Source: an uncultured Oscillospiraceae bacterium (GTDB taxonomy: Bacteria > Bacillota > Clostridia > Oscillospirales > Oscillospiraceae). Taken from it: DNA of 64,000 nt. Shown one piece after another: positions 9,956 to 19,148 of this stretch (positions are counted from its first letter, which is position 1; each line of letters begins with the position of its first letter). A program made the translations under genes and the position numbers. Under the pieces are notes generated by a model, which worked only from the letters and a program-made list of their open reading frames with translations, had not been told where the DNA came from and did not search any database. The DNA lies in NCBI GenBank assembly GCA_964370925.1, contig CAYJLH010000004.1, positions 3,167-67,166 of the forward strand, written 5' to 3'.

Positions 9956-12046
9956 ATGAATAATATTCCTAATATGTTTGGTTGCAAAGTTTTTAACGAT
10001 AATGTTATGCGTACCAGACTTCCAAAAGACGTTTACAAAGCACTTCATAAAACTATTGCTGAAGGAAAACAGCTCGATGTTAAAGTTGCAAATGTTATCG
10101 CCACTGCTATGAAAGAGTGGGCAGTTGAAAACGGCGCAACTCACTACACTCACTGGTTCCAACCCATGACAGGGTCAACCGCTGAAAAGCATGATAGCTT
10201 TATTTCTCCTATTAATAATTGTGAAATTATTATGGAGTTTTCAGGTAAAGAGCTTGTTCGTGGTGAACCCGATGCATCAAGCTTCCCCTCTGGTGGACTT
10301 CGTGCGACTTTCGAAGCTAGAGGATACACAGTCTGGGACACAACTTCTTATGCTTTTATAAAAGACGATTCCCTCTGTATCCCAACAGCTTTCTGCTCAT
10401 ACAGCGGTGAGTCGCTCGACAAAAAAACTCCTCTACTACGTTCTATGGAAGCTATTAACAAGCAAGGTTTGCGTATTATCAAGCTTTTCGGTAATAGCAC
10501 TGCAAAGAGAATTATCACAACAGTTGGTGCTGAACAGGAATATTTTCTCGTAGACAAAGAAGTTTATCTAAAACGCCCCGACCTTATAAACTGCGGTAGA
10601 ACTTTATTCGGCGCTCGCCCTCCCAAGGGTCAAGAGCTTGAAGACCACTACTTCGGTTCTATAAAACCAAGAGTTTCGGCTTATATGAAAGAGCTTGACG
10701 AAGAACTTTGGAAAGTTGGCGTTTTCTCAAAAACAAAACATAACGAGGTTGCTCCGGCTCAACATGAGCTTGCGCCCGTTTTCACAACAACTAACCTAGC
10801 GACTGACCAAAACCAAATCACTATGGCACTTATGAAAGACATCGCCCAAAAGCACGGACTTGTTTGTCTTTTACATGAAAAACCCTTTGCTGGGGTTAAT
10901 GGTAGCGGTAAGCACAATAACTGGGCAATTTCGACAGATACAGGTATTAATCTACTTGAACCAGGTGAAACACCTCATGAAAATGCTCAATTCCTATTGT
11001 TCCTAACTGCAATCATCAAAGCCGTTGACGTTTATCAAGACTTGCTCAGAATTTCTGTTGCAAGTGCCGGAAACGACCACAGACTGGGCGCTAACGAAGC
11101 TCCCCCTGCTATTGTTTCTATCTTCCTCGGCGATGAACTTACTGAAATTTTAGACGCACTAAAAAGTGATTCTGATTACGAAGGTAAAGAGCGTATCCAA
11201 ATGGAAATCGGCACAACCGTTCTTCCTCCGTTCCCAAAAGACACAACAGACCGCAACAGAACTTCACCTTTTGCTTTCACAGGCAATAAGTTTGAGTTCA
11301 GAATGCTCGGTTCTTCAATTTCAATCGCAGGTGCAAACATCATCCTAAACTCTGCTGTTGCAGAAATTTTCGAAGAGTTTGCAGATACACTTGAAAAAGC
11401 AGACGATTTCAAATCGGCTCTTACAAAACTTATTAGAGACACAATCAATAAGCACGACCGTATTATTTTCAACGGAAATAACTACTCTCAGGAGTGGGTT
11501 GAAGAAGCAAAAAGACGTGGTCTATCTAACCTACAGACAACTGTTGACGCTCTTCCAACTTTCCGCAGTGAAGAGAGCAAGAGAATGTTTGCTAATCAAT
11601 GTGTTTTCTCTGGTACAGAAATTGATGCGAGATACGAAATCCTTATGGAGGGCTATTGTAAGACCATACATATTGAGGCTCTCACAATGATTGACCTTAC
11701 TAAAAAGGAAATTTTGGCTTCATCTTTTGAGTATCAATCAGAACTTGTTACACTTTTAAACGGCAAAAAAGCAGTTGGAATTGACACAAGCTCAGAGGAA
11801 GCACTTGTTAAGAAGCTAACAGCTTTGACAAAAGATTTGCTTGCAAAAGTCGATCTACTCGAAACAAATGTCATGAAAGCGTCTGAAACTTCAAATGACA
11901 TTTTAGCTCACGCACAGTATTACAGAAATTCTATTTTCTCTGTCATGAATGAACTTAGACTAGTAGTCGACGAGTTGGAAACCATAGTTGCAAAGAAGCA
12001 CTGGAAATTCCCCTCATACATGGAACTACTATACAGTGTAAACTAG
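9956..12046 (+). CDS. glnN: glutamine synthetase type III
   Basis: 696 aa. GSIII-specific N-terminus (MFGCKVFND) and GS catalytic domain. Confidence 0.9.
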   Translation: MNNIPNMFGCKVFNDNVMRTRLPKDVYKALHKTIAEGKQLDVKVANVIATAMKEWAVENGATHYTHWFQPMTGSTAEKHDSFISPINNCEIIMEFSGKELVRGEPDASSFPSGGLRATFEARGYTVWDTTSYAFIKDDSLCIPTAFCSYSGESLDKKTPLLRSMEAINKQGLRIIKLFGNSTAKRIITTVGAEQEYFLVDKEVYLKRPDLINCGRTLFGARPPKGQELEDHYFGSIKPRVSAYMKELDEELWKVGVFSKTKHNEVAPAQHELAPVFTTTNLATDQNQITMALMKDIAQKHGLVCLLHEKPFAGVNGSGKHNNWAISTDTGINLLEPGETPHENAQFLLFLTAIIKAVDVYQDLLRISVASAGNDHRLGANEAPPAIVSIFLGDELTEILDALKSDSDYEGKERIQMEIGTTVLPPFPKDTTDRNRTSPFAFTGNKFEFRMLGSSISIAGANIILNSAVAEIFEEFADTLEKADDFKSALTKLIRDTINKHDRIIFNGNNYSQEWVEEAKRRGLSNLQTTVDALPTFRSEESKRMFANQCVFSGTEIDARYEILMEGYCKTIHIEALTMIDLTKKEILASSFEYQSELVTLLNGKKAVGIDTSSEEALVKKLTALTKDLLAKVDLLETNVMKASETSNDILAHAQYYRNSIFSVMNELRLVVDELETIVAKKHWKFPSYMELLYSVN

Positions 12047-12078
12047 TTTAAATCATACAAAAGAATACAAAAAGCACA

Positions 12079-12131
12079 ATGACGTGTATTTTCCGAATTA
12101 ATTTTCGGGAACTACACGTCTAATTTTATTT
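12079..12131 (+). terminator. stem-loop plus U-tract between glnN and amt. Either the glnN terminator or the amt leader attenuator.
   Basis: gacgtgta...tacacgtc outer stem with an inner ttccg/cgggaa stem, then taattttattttt directly before the amt RBS GGAGG. Confidence 0.45.
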
Positions 12132-12146
12132 TTGGAGGTATTTATT

Positions 12147-13826
12147 ATGTTCTCAGCAGTTGATACAATTTGGACCTTACTAGCCGCCGCATTGGTTTTT
12201 TTCATGCAGGCTGGATTTGCAATGGTGGAAACAGGCTTTACAAGAGCAAAAAACGCCGGTAACATCATCATGAAAAACATCATGGACTTTTCACTGGGCA
12301 CTCTTATGTTCTGGCTAATCGGTTTTGGCTTAATGTTTGGCGGTGATGGAGCATTTATCGGTGGTTTCGACCCCTTTATCAGAGGCGATTATAGCTCATC
12401 TATCCCAACATCAGCTTTCGTAATATTTCAAACAGTTTTCTGTGCAACAGCTGCAACCATCGTTTCGGGTGCAATGGCAGAGCGCACAAAATTTTCAACC
12501 TACTGCATGTACAGCGTTATTTTAAGTGCTATTGTCTACCCAATTTCAGGTCACTGGATATGGGGCGGCGGTTGGCTTTCACAGCTAGGATTTCATGATT
12601 TTGCCGGCTCAACAGCCGTCCACATGGTTGGTGGTGTTGCCGCTTTAATCGGCGCAAAAACTCTTGGTCCTCGTATAGGAAAATACACTAAAGACGGAAA
12701 ATCAAAAGCTATCCCAGGGCACAGCTTAACTCTTGGCGCATTGGGCGTTTTCATTCTTTGGTTCTGCTGGTTTGGATTTAACGGTGGTTCAACCGTTTCA
12801 ATGACAGACGGTTCTATAGAAGCAGCATCAAACATTTTTGTAACCACAAACATAGCTGCCGCTGCAGCAACAGCAGTTGTAATGGTCATCACATGGGTTC
12901 GCTACAAAAAACCTGACGTTTCAATGACATTAAACGGCGCTCTTGCCGGTCTTGTTGCAATCACAGCAGGCTGTGACGTAGTCACTCCAGCAGGTGCATT
13001 CGCAATTGGTATTATAGCTGGTTTCGTTGTCGTATTTGGAATCGAATTTGTTGACAAAGTTCTAAAAATTGACGACCCTGTCGGCGCTGTCGGAGTTCAC
13101 GGCATGGCAGGTGCTGTTGGTACTATCTTAGTCGGTGTGTTCGCCGTTGACGGTGGTTTGCTATATGGCGGTGGGTTTGCTTATCTTGGTGTGCAAACTA
13201 TCGGTGTTCTAGCAGTTATCGCTTGGGTTTCTGTCACAATGTCTATCGTTTTCACAGTTCTTAAAAACACTGTTGGACTACGTGTTACACACGCAGAAGA
13301 AATTGCCGGTCTTGACATTGAGGAACATGGACTATCAAGCAGTTACGCAGACTTTATGCCTGTTCCAATGGGAACAAACTTCAAACGCAGTGAAGATATT
13401 GAAGAAATCCCAGTCGCAGCAGTTGACGTTGACGAGGCTGTCCCTGTAATTAACACAGCAAAAGCAGGCACAAAAATGTCTAAAGTCGTTATTGTCACAA
13501 GTCAGACCAAGTTTGAAACGCTTAAAAAAGCCTTAGACGGGCTTGGAATTACAGGTATGACTGTAACTCAAGTTTTGGGTTGCGGTATGCAGAAAGGCTC
13601 TACAGCGCTTTACCGCGGTGTTCCGGTAGAGACAAAACTTCTTCCCAAAATCAAAATCGAGATTGTTATATGCAAGGTACCGCTATTGCTTTTCATTAAC
13701 ACAGTTAAAAAGGCACTATACACTGGCAACATCGGCGATGGAAAAATCTTCATCTATGACGTTGAAAATGTAATTAAAGTCAGCACAGGCGAAGAGGGAT
13801 ATGAAGCTCTTCAAGACATAGTTTAA
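12147..13826 (+). CDS. ammonium transporter (Amt) fused in-frame to a C-terminal PII (GlnK/NrgB) domain
   Basis: Single ORF. Residues 1-410 are an Amt channel. After a ~40-aa acidic linker, residues ~452-559 align with B. subtilis NrgB (GCGMQKG...YRG...KIEIV...GDGKIFIYDV...TGEEG). Start at ATG 12147, RBS GGAGG. Confidence 0.85.
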   Translation: MFSAVDTIWTLLAAALVFFMQAGFAMVETGFTRAKNAGNIIMKNIMDFSLGTLMFWLIGFGLMFGGDGAFIGGFDPFIRGDYSSSIPTSAFVIFQTVFCATAATIVSGAMAERTKFSTYCMYSVILSAIVYPISGHWIWGGGWLSQLGFHDFAGSTAVHMVGGVAALIGAKTLGPRIGKYTKDGKSKAIPGHSLTLGALGVFILWFCWFGFNGGSTVSMTDGSIEAASNIFVTTNIAAAAATAVVMVITWVRYKKPDVSMTLNGALAGLVAITAGCDVVTPAGAFAIGIIAGFVVVFGIEFVDKVLKIDDPVGAVGVHGMAGAVGTILVGVFAVDGGLLYGGGFAYLGVQTIGVLAVIAWVSVTMSIVFTVLKNTVGLRVTHAEEIAGLDIEEHGLSSSYADFMPVPMGTNFKRSEDIEEIPVAAVDVDEAVPVINTAKAGTKMSKVVIVTSQTKFETLKKALDGLGITGMTVTQVLGCGMQKGSTALYRGVPVETKLLPKIKIEIVICKVPLLLFINTVKKALYTGNIGDGKIFIYDVENVIKVSTGEEGYEALQDIV

Positions 13827-13831
13827 ACATA

Positions 13832-13866
13832 AAATCCGCTCAAATTTCTTTGAGCGGATTTTGCTG
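13832..13866 (+). terminator. intrinsic terminator after amt-glnK
   Basis: aaatccgctcaaa / tttgagcggattt hairpin plus T-run. Confidence 0.6.
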
Positions 13867-14047
13867 TAGAAAACATATTTCGGGGGAGCTTGAGGGGGCG
13901 AAGCCCTCCTCAAATTGGATAAACCGATGTCATTTTCATGTGTGTAATGCACGAAAATGAGCCACTAGGCATTATTTTTCGCAGAAAAATAATCATCGGC
14001 AACTTGCTCGAAAAGTCCTAAAGGATTTTTTGGACAAGCTGAAATAA

Positions 14048-15676
14048 CTAAGATTTTGGTATAATACCATACCCATTTGCGAGTGCATAGTCATGAGCAT
14101 ATGTTCCCACATTACAGCGAATATCGACTTCCATTGCACCCATGCTAAAACCTGTGTCCAATCTACCCTCAATGTTGACAACACTATCAGGTAAGTCGAT
14201 TATGATATCTTCTTGTCCACTAAACATGAATGCACTTCTTCCTATTTCTGTAACACCCTCTGGAACTATAATTTCATCAGGGTCTTCCTTTTGGATGATG
14301 ATAACATAATTACTTGCAATTCGTTTGACTTCCGGAAGATAAACTATCTTCTCGCCATACTCAACAACGTAGTGAACAAGGTTGCTGTCACCAATTATCC
14401 ACGAAGTTCTACCGCCGATATAGTTATCATAATACCAAGCACTGTAAACAAATGAATCACCCGTAACATCAGTCAAACTGTTTGGAATGTATAGTTCATG
14501 CAAGGATTCGCACCCAGAAAAAATATCATCACCCGCAGTGGTCATGCCCTCGGGCAAATATGCCGCTTGCAATTTTTCACTGCCATAAAATGCCTCGTCC
14601 GATATTGATTTTAGGTTGGTTGAAAAAGTCACAGTTGTCAAACTGTCATTTTTGTAAAATGAACGCACACCAATTCTCTCGACAGTGTTTGCCATTACAA
14701 CAGTTTCTATGGATTCATTTTCCAAAAATGCAAAGGCATCTATAACTCTAATCCCCTCGGGAATTGTAATATTTTTACTACTTCCGACATATTTAACCAA
14801 GACATCGTTTATTATAACCATTCCATCTTGTGCATCGCCAATCGGATAATCAGAAAAATCGAAAGATGCTATACCTAGCTTCAAGTTTCGCGGAATATCT
14901 TGTAACGCCCAGCCACTGTAAGCCATTTGGTCTGAAAGACTGTCTTCGTTCCAATGGCTAAACGCAAAGTCGCCGACTTCTTCAAGTGTAGATGGCAAAT
15001 CACCAAAAACTATACTATCTTCGTCTGCATCATAACCACTGAAAGCTCGATTTCCTACATATTTCAGACCCTCATTTAATTTGGCATACTCCAAACTATA
15101 GCAACTGAAAAATGCGTAATCGCCTATAGATTCAAGGGTTTCTGGGAAAATTACCGCCGTTATATAGTCATCATAGAATGCATATTCGGGAATGTGTTTT
15201 GCACCCTCAGGGATGACTAAAACTGCATAATCAGGTACTTCCATAGGAATTACATTTCCATTTTCATCGATTTCAGCCGTAAATTGCTCACGGCTTGCAT
15301 ACTCAGACGGAATTCCTGTCTCATCTTCTACAGGCTCTTGTATAGCCACTTCTTCTGAATAATCAACAGTTTCAGATGTAAATATACCCATAATAGACGA
15401 GAAATTGGACATTATAGCAAAAAATGCAATCAAAAATACAATTGAAACTAAAGGATTTCTTTTCTTGCTTTTAGAACCAGCTTTTGTATTTTTCATTCGC
15501 TCTTTTTCCTCAGCTAGTTCTCTTGCTCTTCTTGCCAGTTCTTGAACTTCATCAAAATCTTTTTGTTTTTGGCTTTTTTCTTTTCCAAAATCTACTGTGT
15601 GAAGTCCGCCACAACCTGGGCAAACTCCCTCACTTTTCTTTTCGTTAAAACTTCTTCCACACCAATCGCAATTCAT
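14048..15676 (-). CDS. membrane-anchored BspA-type leucine-rich-repeat surface protein with N-terminal zinc ribbon
   Basis: CxxC...CxxC N-terminus, a TM helix, then repeated ~23-aa LRR units (IPEG..IG..AF). Confidence 0.75.
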   Translation of the reverse strand: MNCDWCGRSFNEKKSEGVCPGCGGLHTVDFGKEKSQKQKDFDEVQELARRARELAEEKERMKNTKAGSKSKKRNPLVSIVFLIAFFAIMSNFSSIMGIFTSETVDYSEEVAIQEPVEDETGIPSEYASREQFTAEIDENGNVIPMEVPDYAVLVIPEGAKHIPEYAFYDDYITAVIFPETLESIGDYAFFSCYSLEYAKLNEGLKYVGNRAFSGYDADEDSIVFGDLPSTLEEVGDFAFSHWNEDSLSDQMAYSGWALQDIPRNLKLGIASFDFSDYPIGDAQDGMVIINDVLVKYVGSSKNITIPEGIRVIDAFAFLENESIETVVMANTVERIGVRSFYKNDSLTTVTFSTNLKSISDEAFYGSEKLQAAYLPEGMTTAGDDIFSGCESLHELYIPNSLTDVTGDSFVYSAWYYDNYIGGRTSWIIGDSNLVHYVVEYGEKIVYLPEVKRIASNYVIIIQKEDPDEIIVPEGVTEIGRSAFMFSGQEDIIIDLPDSVVNIEGRLDTGFSMGAMEVDIRCNVGTYAHDYALANGYGIIPKS

Positions 15677-15759
15677 TTAACTTCTCCGTTTTCTTATTTA
15701 AAAATCACTGTTTTACCGAATTTGAGTGGATAGGCTAAATTACCTATCCACTCAATAAT

Positions 15760-17292
15760 TTAAAATTGTGCTATAAATCTGTCTAAAATGACTGCCATTT
15801 CAGCGCGAGTTAGTAGTTTATCAGGAGCTAAAAGTCCCTCGTCAGTACCTTTTACTATGCCAGCGGAAACGGCCCACTGCATAGCCTGAACCGACCAATC
15901 AGGCAGGCTTGAGGCATCCGAAAATTCATCAAGAGTTGCCACTTCAAAATCTTCCATTCCCAAATCAATCCCGTAGCGATATAGGAAAGTTACGCATTGC
16001 GCTCTTGTGAGTGAATCATTTGGCAAAAATCTATCCCCGTCGCCCTGTGCAATTTCTGTAAATGCCGCCCATTTCGCAGCTTTTTCATAGTATGAATTTG
16101 CCTCCAAATCGGAGAAGCTCACGCTTCCATCAATGACAGTATTTGGACGAAGTGCTGTTTCAACTCTTGAGAGCGAGGTAATGAACATCGCACGATTTAC
16201 AGTTGAATTCGGTGAAAATTCACCACCACCTGTGCCATTTACAATTTTATCAGCACTGATTTCAGCAACGGCAGAAGCAAACCAATCACTTGCATTGACA
16301 TCACTAAAAGTAGTATTATTAGCGCTTAAATCTAAAGTGTTAACCATATTAGTGAAGCTATCTGCGATATAAAGTTCGTCGTCTACAAGCGCTAATCCAA
16401 CCGGGTTTACAGGCGATAGACCATCTTCAAATCCACCTGTCAAAATCACCGTTTCAGCTCTGCCATCGACAATTTTTCTAACCGCACCATTTCCACTATC
16501 CGAAATGTACAATTCTCCATCATTTGCTATAACTTCTATAGGAGCAGAGAAAAGTGCATTTTTGCCGTTTATAAATCCGTCAATGCCCTCTGTAGAGCCT
16601 GTCAAAGTTGTAACAACTCCATCTTCAATTGCACAAATGCGGTTATTTTCAGTGTCAGCCACATATAAAATTCCATTTTCGTATTCAAGCCCTGTTGGTG
16701 AATTGAAAAGTGCGTCGTCGACGTCTCCATCTGCCCTACCCGCTTCATTTGGTGTTCCTGCAAAGAGTGTAACTTTGCCGTCAGTGTCCATTTTTCTTAT
16801 AACATGGTTGCCACTGTCAGAAATATACACGTTACCCTCTTCATCAACTGCAAGACCTGTCGGGCGGTTGAATTCAACGTCACGGCGTGTTCCATTGCTG
16901 TAACCCTCGTCACTGCCAGCGATTAGTTCAACTGTTCCATTTTCGAGATTTAGCAGTCTAATTCTATGGTTTTCGCTGTCACTAATTGCGTATCCGTCAC
17001 CATATTCCACAATATCCCAAGGAGAGAAAAATCTCGCCTCTTCAACAGTTCCATCTCTATAACTGCCCGAGGGTGTTCCATCAGCATTAGTAGCTCCAAG
17101 CGCACCGGCAATTACTGTAAACTCACCATTTTCAAGTTGCCAAATTTGATGATTATATGTATCTGTAATAATCATACTCCCATCACTGTCAGCTAAAATT
17201 GACGAAGCCGAAATAGGCGTTTCTGCTGCCAAAGTTGTCACACTTCCGACCAAACCTATGGCAAAAGCAGTGGATAAAATTGTCTTTTTCAT
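15760..17292 (-). CDS. secreted NHL-repeat beta-propeller protein with C-terminal SLH domains
   Basis: Signal peptide. Repeated YISDSGNH / YVADTENN NHL motifs. C-terminal SLH-like repeats (DV..W....V). Confidence 0.8.
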   Translation of the reverse strand: MKKTILSTAFAIGLVGSVTTLAAETPISASSILADSDGSMIITDTYNHQIWQLENGEFTVIAGALGATNADGTPSGSYRDGTVEEARFFSPWDIVEYGDGYAISDSENHRIRLLNLENGTVELIAGSDEGYSNGTRRDVEFNRPTGLAVDEEGNVYISDSGNHVIRKMDTDGKVTLFAGTPNEAGRADGDVDDALFNSPTGLEYENGILYVADTENNRICAIEDGVVTTLTGSTEGIDGFINGKNALFSAPIEVIANDGELYISDSGNGAVRKIVDGRAETVILTGGFEDGLSPVNPVGLALVDDELYIADSFTNMVNTLDLSANNTTFSDVNASDWFASAVAEISADKIVNGTGGGEFSPNSTVNRAMFITSLSRVETALRPNTVIDGSVSFSDLEANSYYEKAAKWAAFTEIAQGDGDRFLPNDSLTRAQCVTFLYRYGIDLGMEDFEVATLDEFSDASSLPDWSVQAMQWAVSAGIVKGTDEGLLAPDKLLTRAEMAVILDRFIAQF

Positions 17293-17319
17293 TTCTATAT
17301 CTCCTAACTACCTTTTGTA

Positions 17320-19125
17320 CTACAGAATTTTCTCAACTGAAAAGACTTCAAATGGTTCACTTTTTCCTTTTAAACTTAGAGTTCCAAGCGATTTGAATTC
17401 ACCTTGGCCTTCAAGTGCATCCGCAACCGCACGACTTACCAATATTTGTCCTGATTTGGAATTGCTTTCAAGTCTTGCCGCTGTGTTAACTGTATCGCCG
17501 ATAGCTGTGTAGTCCATTCTTTTCGGAGAACCTATGTTACCGACAACAGCAGAACCAAAGTGAACACCAATACCAAAGTCAACACTATGTCCAAATTCTG
17601 CCATCAGTTCTTCTCCAAGAGCTTTTGCACCCTCTCTCATGTCAACCGCAGCTTTGACTGCAAGGTAAATCGGGTTTTCCTGTGGAAGTGGCGCTCCCCA
17701 AAATGCCATGGTGCAGTCACCGATATACTTATCAAGTGTGCCTCGATTTTGGAAAATACAGCTACTTGTTAATGTCAAATATTTATTTACTATTTCAACA
17801 ACCTGTCTTGCGTCAAGTTTTTCTGACATAGTCGTAAAGCCTCGAATGTCGACAAATAAAACAGCAATATCTTTCAAATCTCCGCCAAGTTCAAGTGCTT
17901 GTGGGTCGCCTTTTAAAAGCTCGTTTGCAATTTCAGGCGCGAGGTATCTGTGCAATGTATTTGTAACTTTTCGCTTTTCAAATGTTGCTCTTGTGTAGTT
18001 TGCTCCTACCGAAATCACGTACGCAACCGTCAGTGCTAATGGCAAATACACGATATGTATTACATATCCCGAGTTAAACGCAAAGATACAAAATCCTACG
18101 CACGCTAGGACAGACGCAAACCAAACTGCTGTCGAAATGCGTATTCCTCGGTCATAGAACCAGAAAAACGCTAAAAATGTGATTAAAAATATCGCTATTG
18201 CCTGAGGAACTTTTGATACTTCTTCTTTTAGTTCTCCGCTCAAAAGTGCTGCGACTGCGTTAGCTTGGTATTCAACTCCGTACATTTTTACAGAGTGGTC
18301 TACAGCTGTAATGTAGTCGTCCTGCATCCCCTGTGAGTATGGCCCGATTAGTACAATTTTGTCTGCAAATAGCTGTGGGTCAAGCTCTTGATATACAAGG
18401 TCTGCAATAGAAAATCCATCGTCAAACGCACCTGGCGCAGATTGATAATTCAAATACCACATATGCCTTGGGTCTGTGGGTGGAACTGCAAAATCAGTCT
18501 CGCCCTGAGATTCCATATACATATTATATACAGCGCGGTGAAACGAGGGTATTTCTCTTCCATCGGGTAAGTCAATTTGCCAAATAGCATGGCGCAAAAT
18601 TCCATCAAAGTCTAACATACCGTTGATGTGACCTTGCTCTGTGACTTCTTTTAAAGCTTCGTACGGTTCTTCATACTGCAAAACTGCAAAAGTATCCAGA
18701 TAAAAAGAGCCGTCGTCGTTTACAACAAGTTCCTCGCCAAATGTTGCCGTTGAACCTGTAACGACATTTCCATATCTTCCCGATGCTTCAACCAAGGCGG
18801 CGTCGGCGTCGGGATATTCACTTTCACCTATATAAGTCGTATCAATTCCGATTACTGCCGGGCGATTTTCGGGATCTTGATTTAAATACTCAATCGCCTC
18901 CGCCATGATATCTCTAGGCCACGGCATAGGGCCGAATTCATCAACCGCCCTTTCATCCATACCAATAAGTATTATTTCGGATGGTGGGGTTTTCGGCTGT
19001 TGGTAGGCTACGTCGGCTAACACGTTAGCCTGTGTGAGCATGATATCAGTGGAATAGAGCACTGTGAAAAACAGTGCTCCAACCGTAGCTAGCAGAAAAC
19101 GCTGAATTTGCTTGCGTTTATTCAT
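17320..19125 (-). CDS. CHASE2-sensor class III adenylate/guanylate cyclase
   Basis: N-terminal CHASE2 followed by TM helices and a CYC domain (FVDIRGFT...GDCTMAFWGAP...GIGVHFGSAVVGNIG). Confidence 0.85.
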   Translation of the reverse strand: MNKRKQIQRFLLATVGALFFTVLYSTDIMLTQANVLADVAYQQPKTPPSEIILIGMDERAVDEFGPMPWPRDIMAEAIEYLNQDPENRPAVIGIDTTYIGESEYPDADAALVEASGRYGNVVTGSTATFGEELVVNDDGSFYLDTFAVLQYEEPYEALKEVTEQGHINGMLDFDGILRHAIWQIDLPDGREIPSFHRAVYNMYMESQGETDFAVPPTDPRHMWYLNYQSAPGAFDDGFSIADLVYQELDPQLFADKIVLIGPYSQGMQDDYITAVDHSVKMYGVEYQANAVAALLSGELKEEVSKVPQAIAIFLITFLAFFWFYDRGIRISTAVWFASVLACVGFCIFAFNSGYVIHIVYLPLALTVAYVISVGANYTRATFEKRKVTNTLHRYLAPEIANELLKGDPQALELGGDLKDIAVLFVDIRGFTTMSEKLDARQVVEIVNKYLTLTSSCIFQNRGTLDKYIGDCTMAFWGAPLPQENPIYLAVKAAVDMREGAKALGEELMAEFGHSVDFGIGVHFGSAVVGNIGSPKRMDYTAIGDTVNTAARLESNSKSGQILVSRAVADALEGQGEFKSLGTLSLKGKSEPFEVFSVEKIL

Positions 19126-19148
19126 TTTAGCTCCTTTTAGTCATATCA

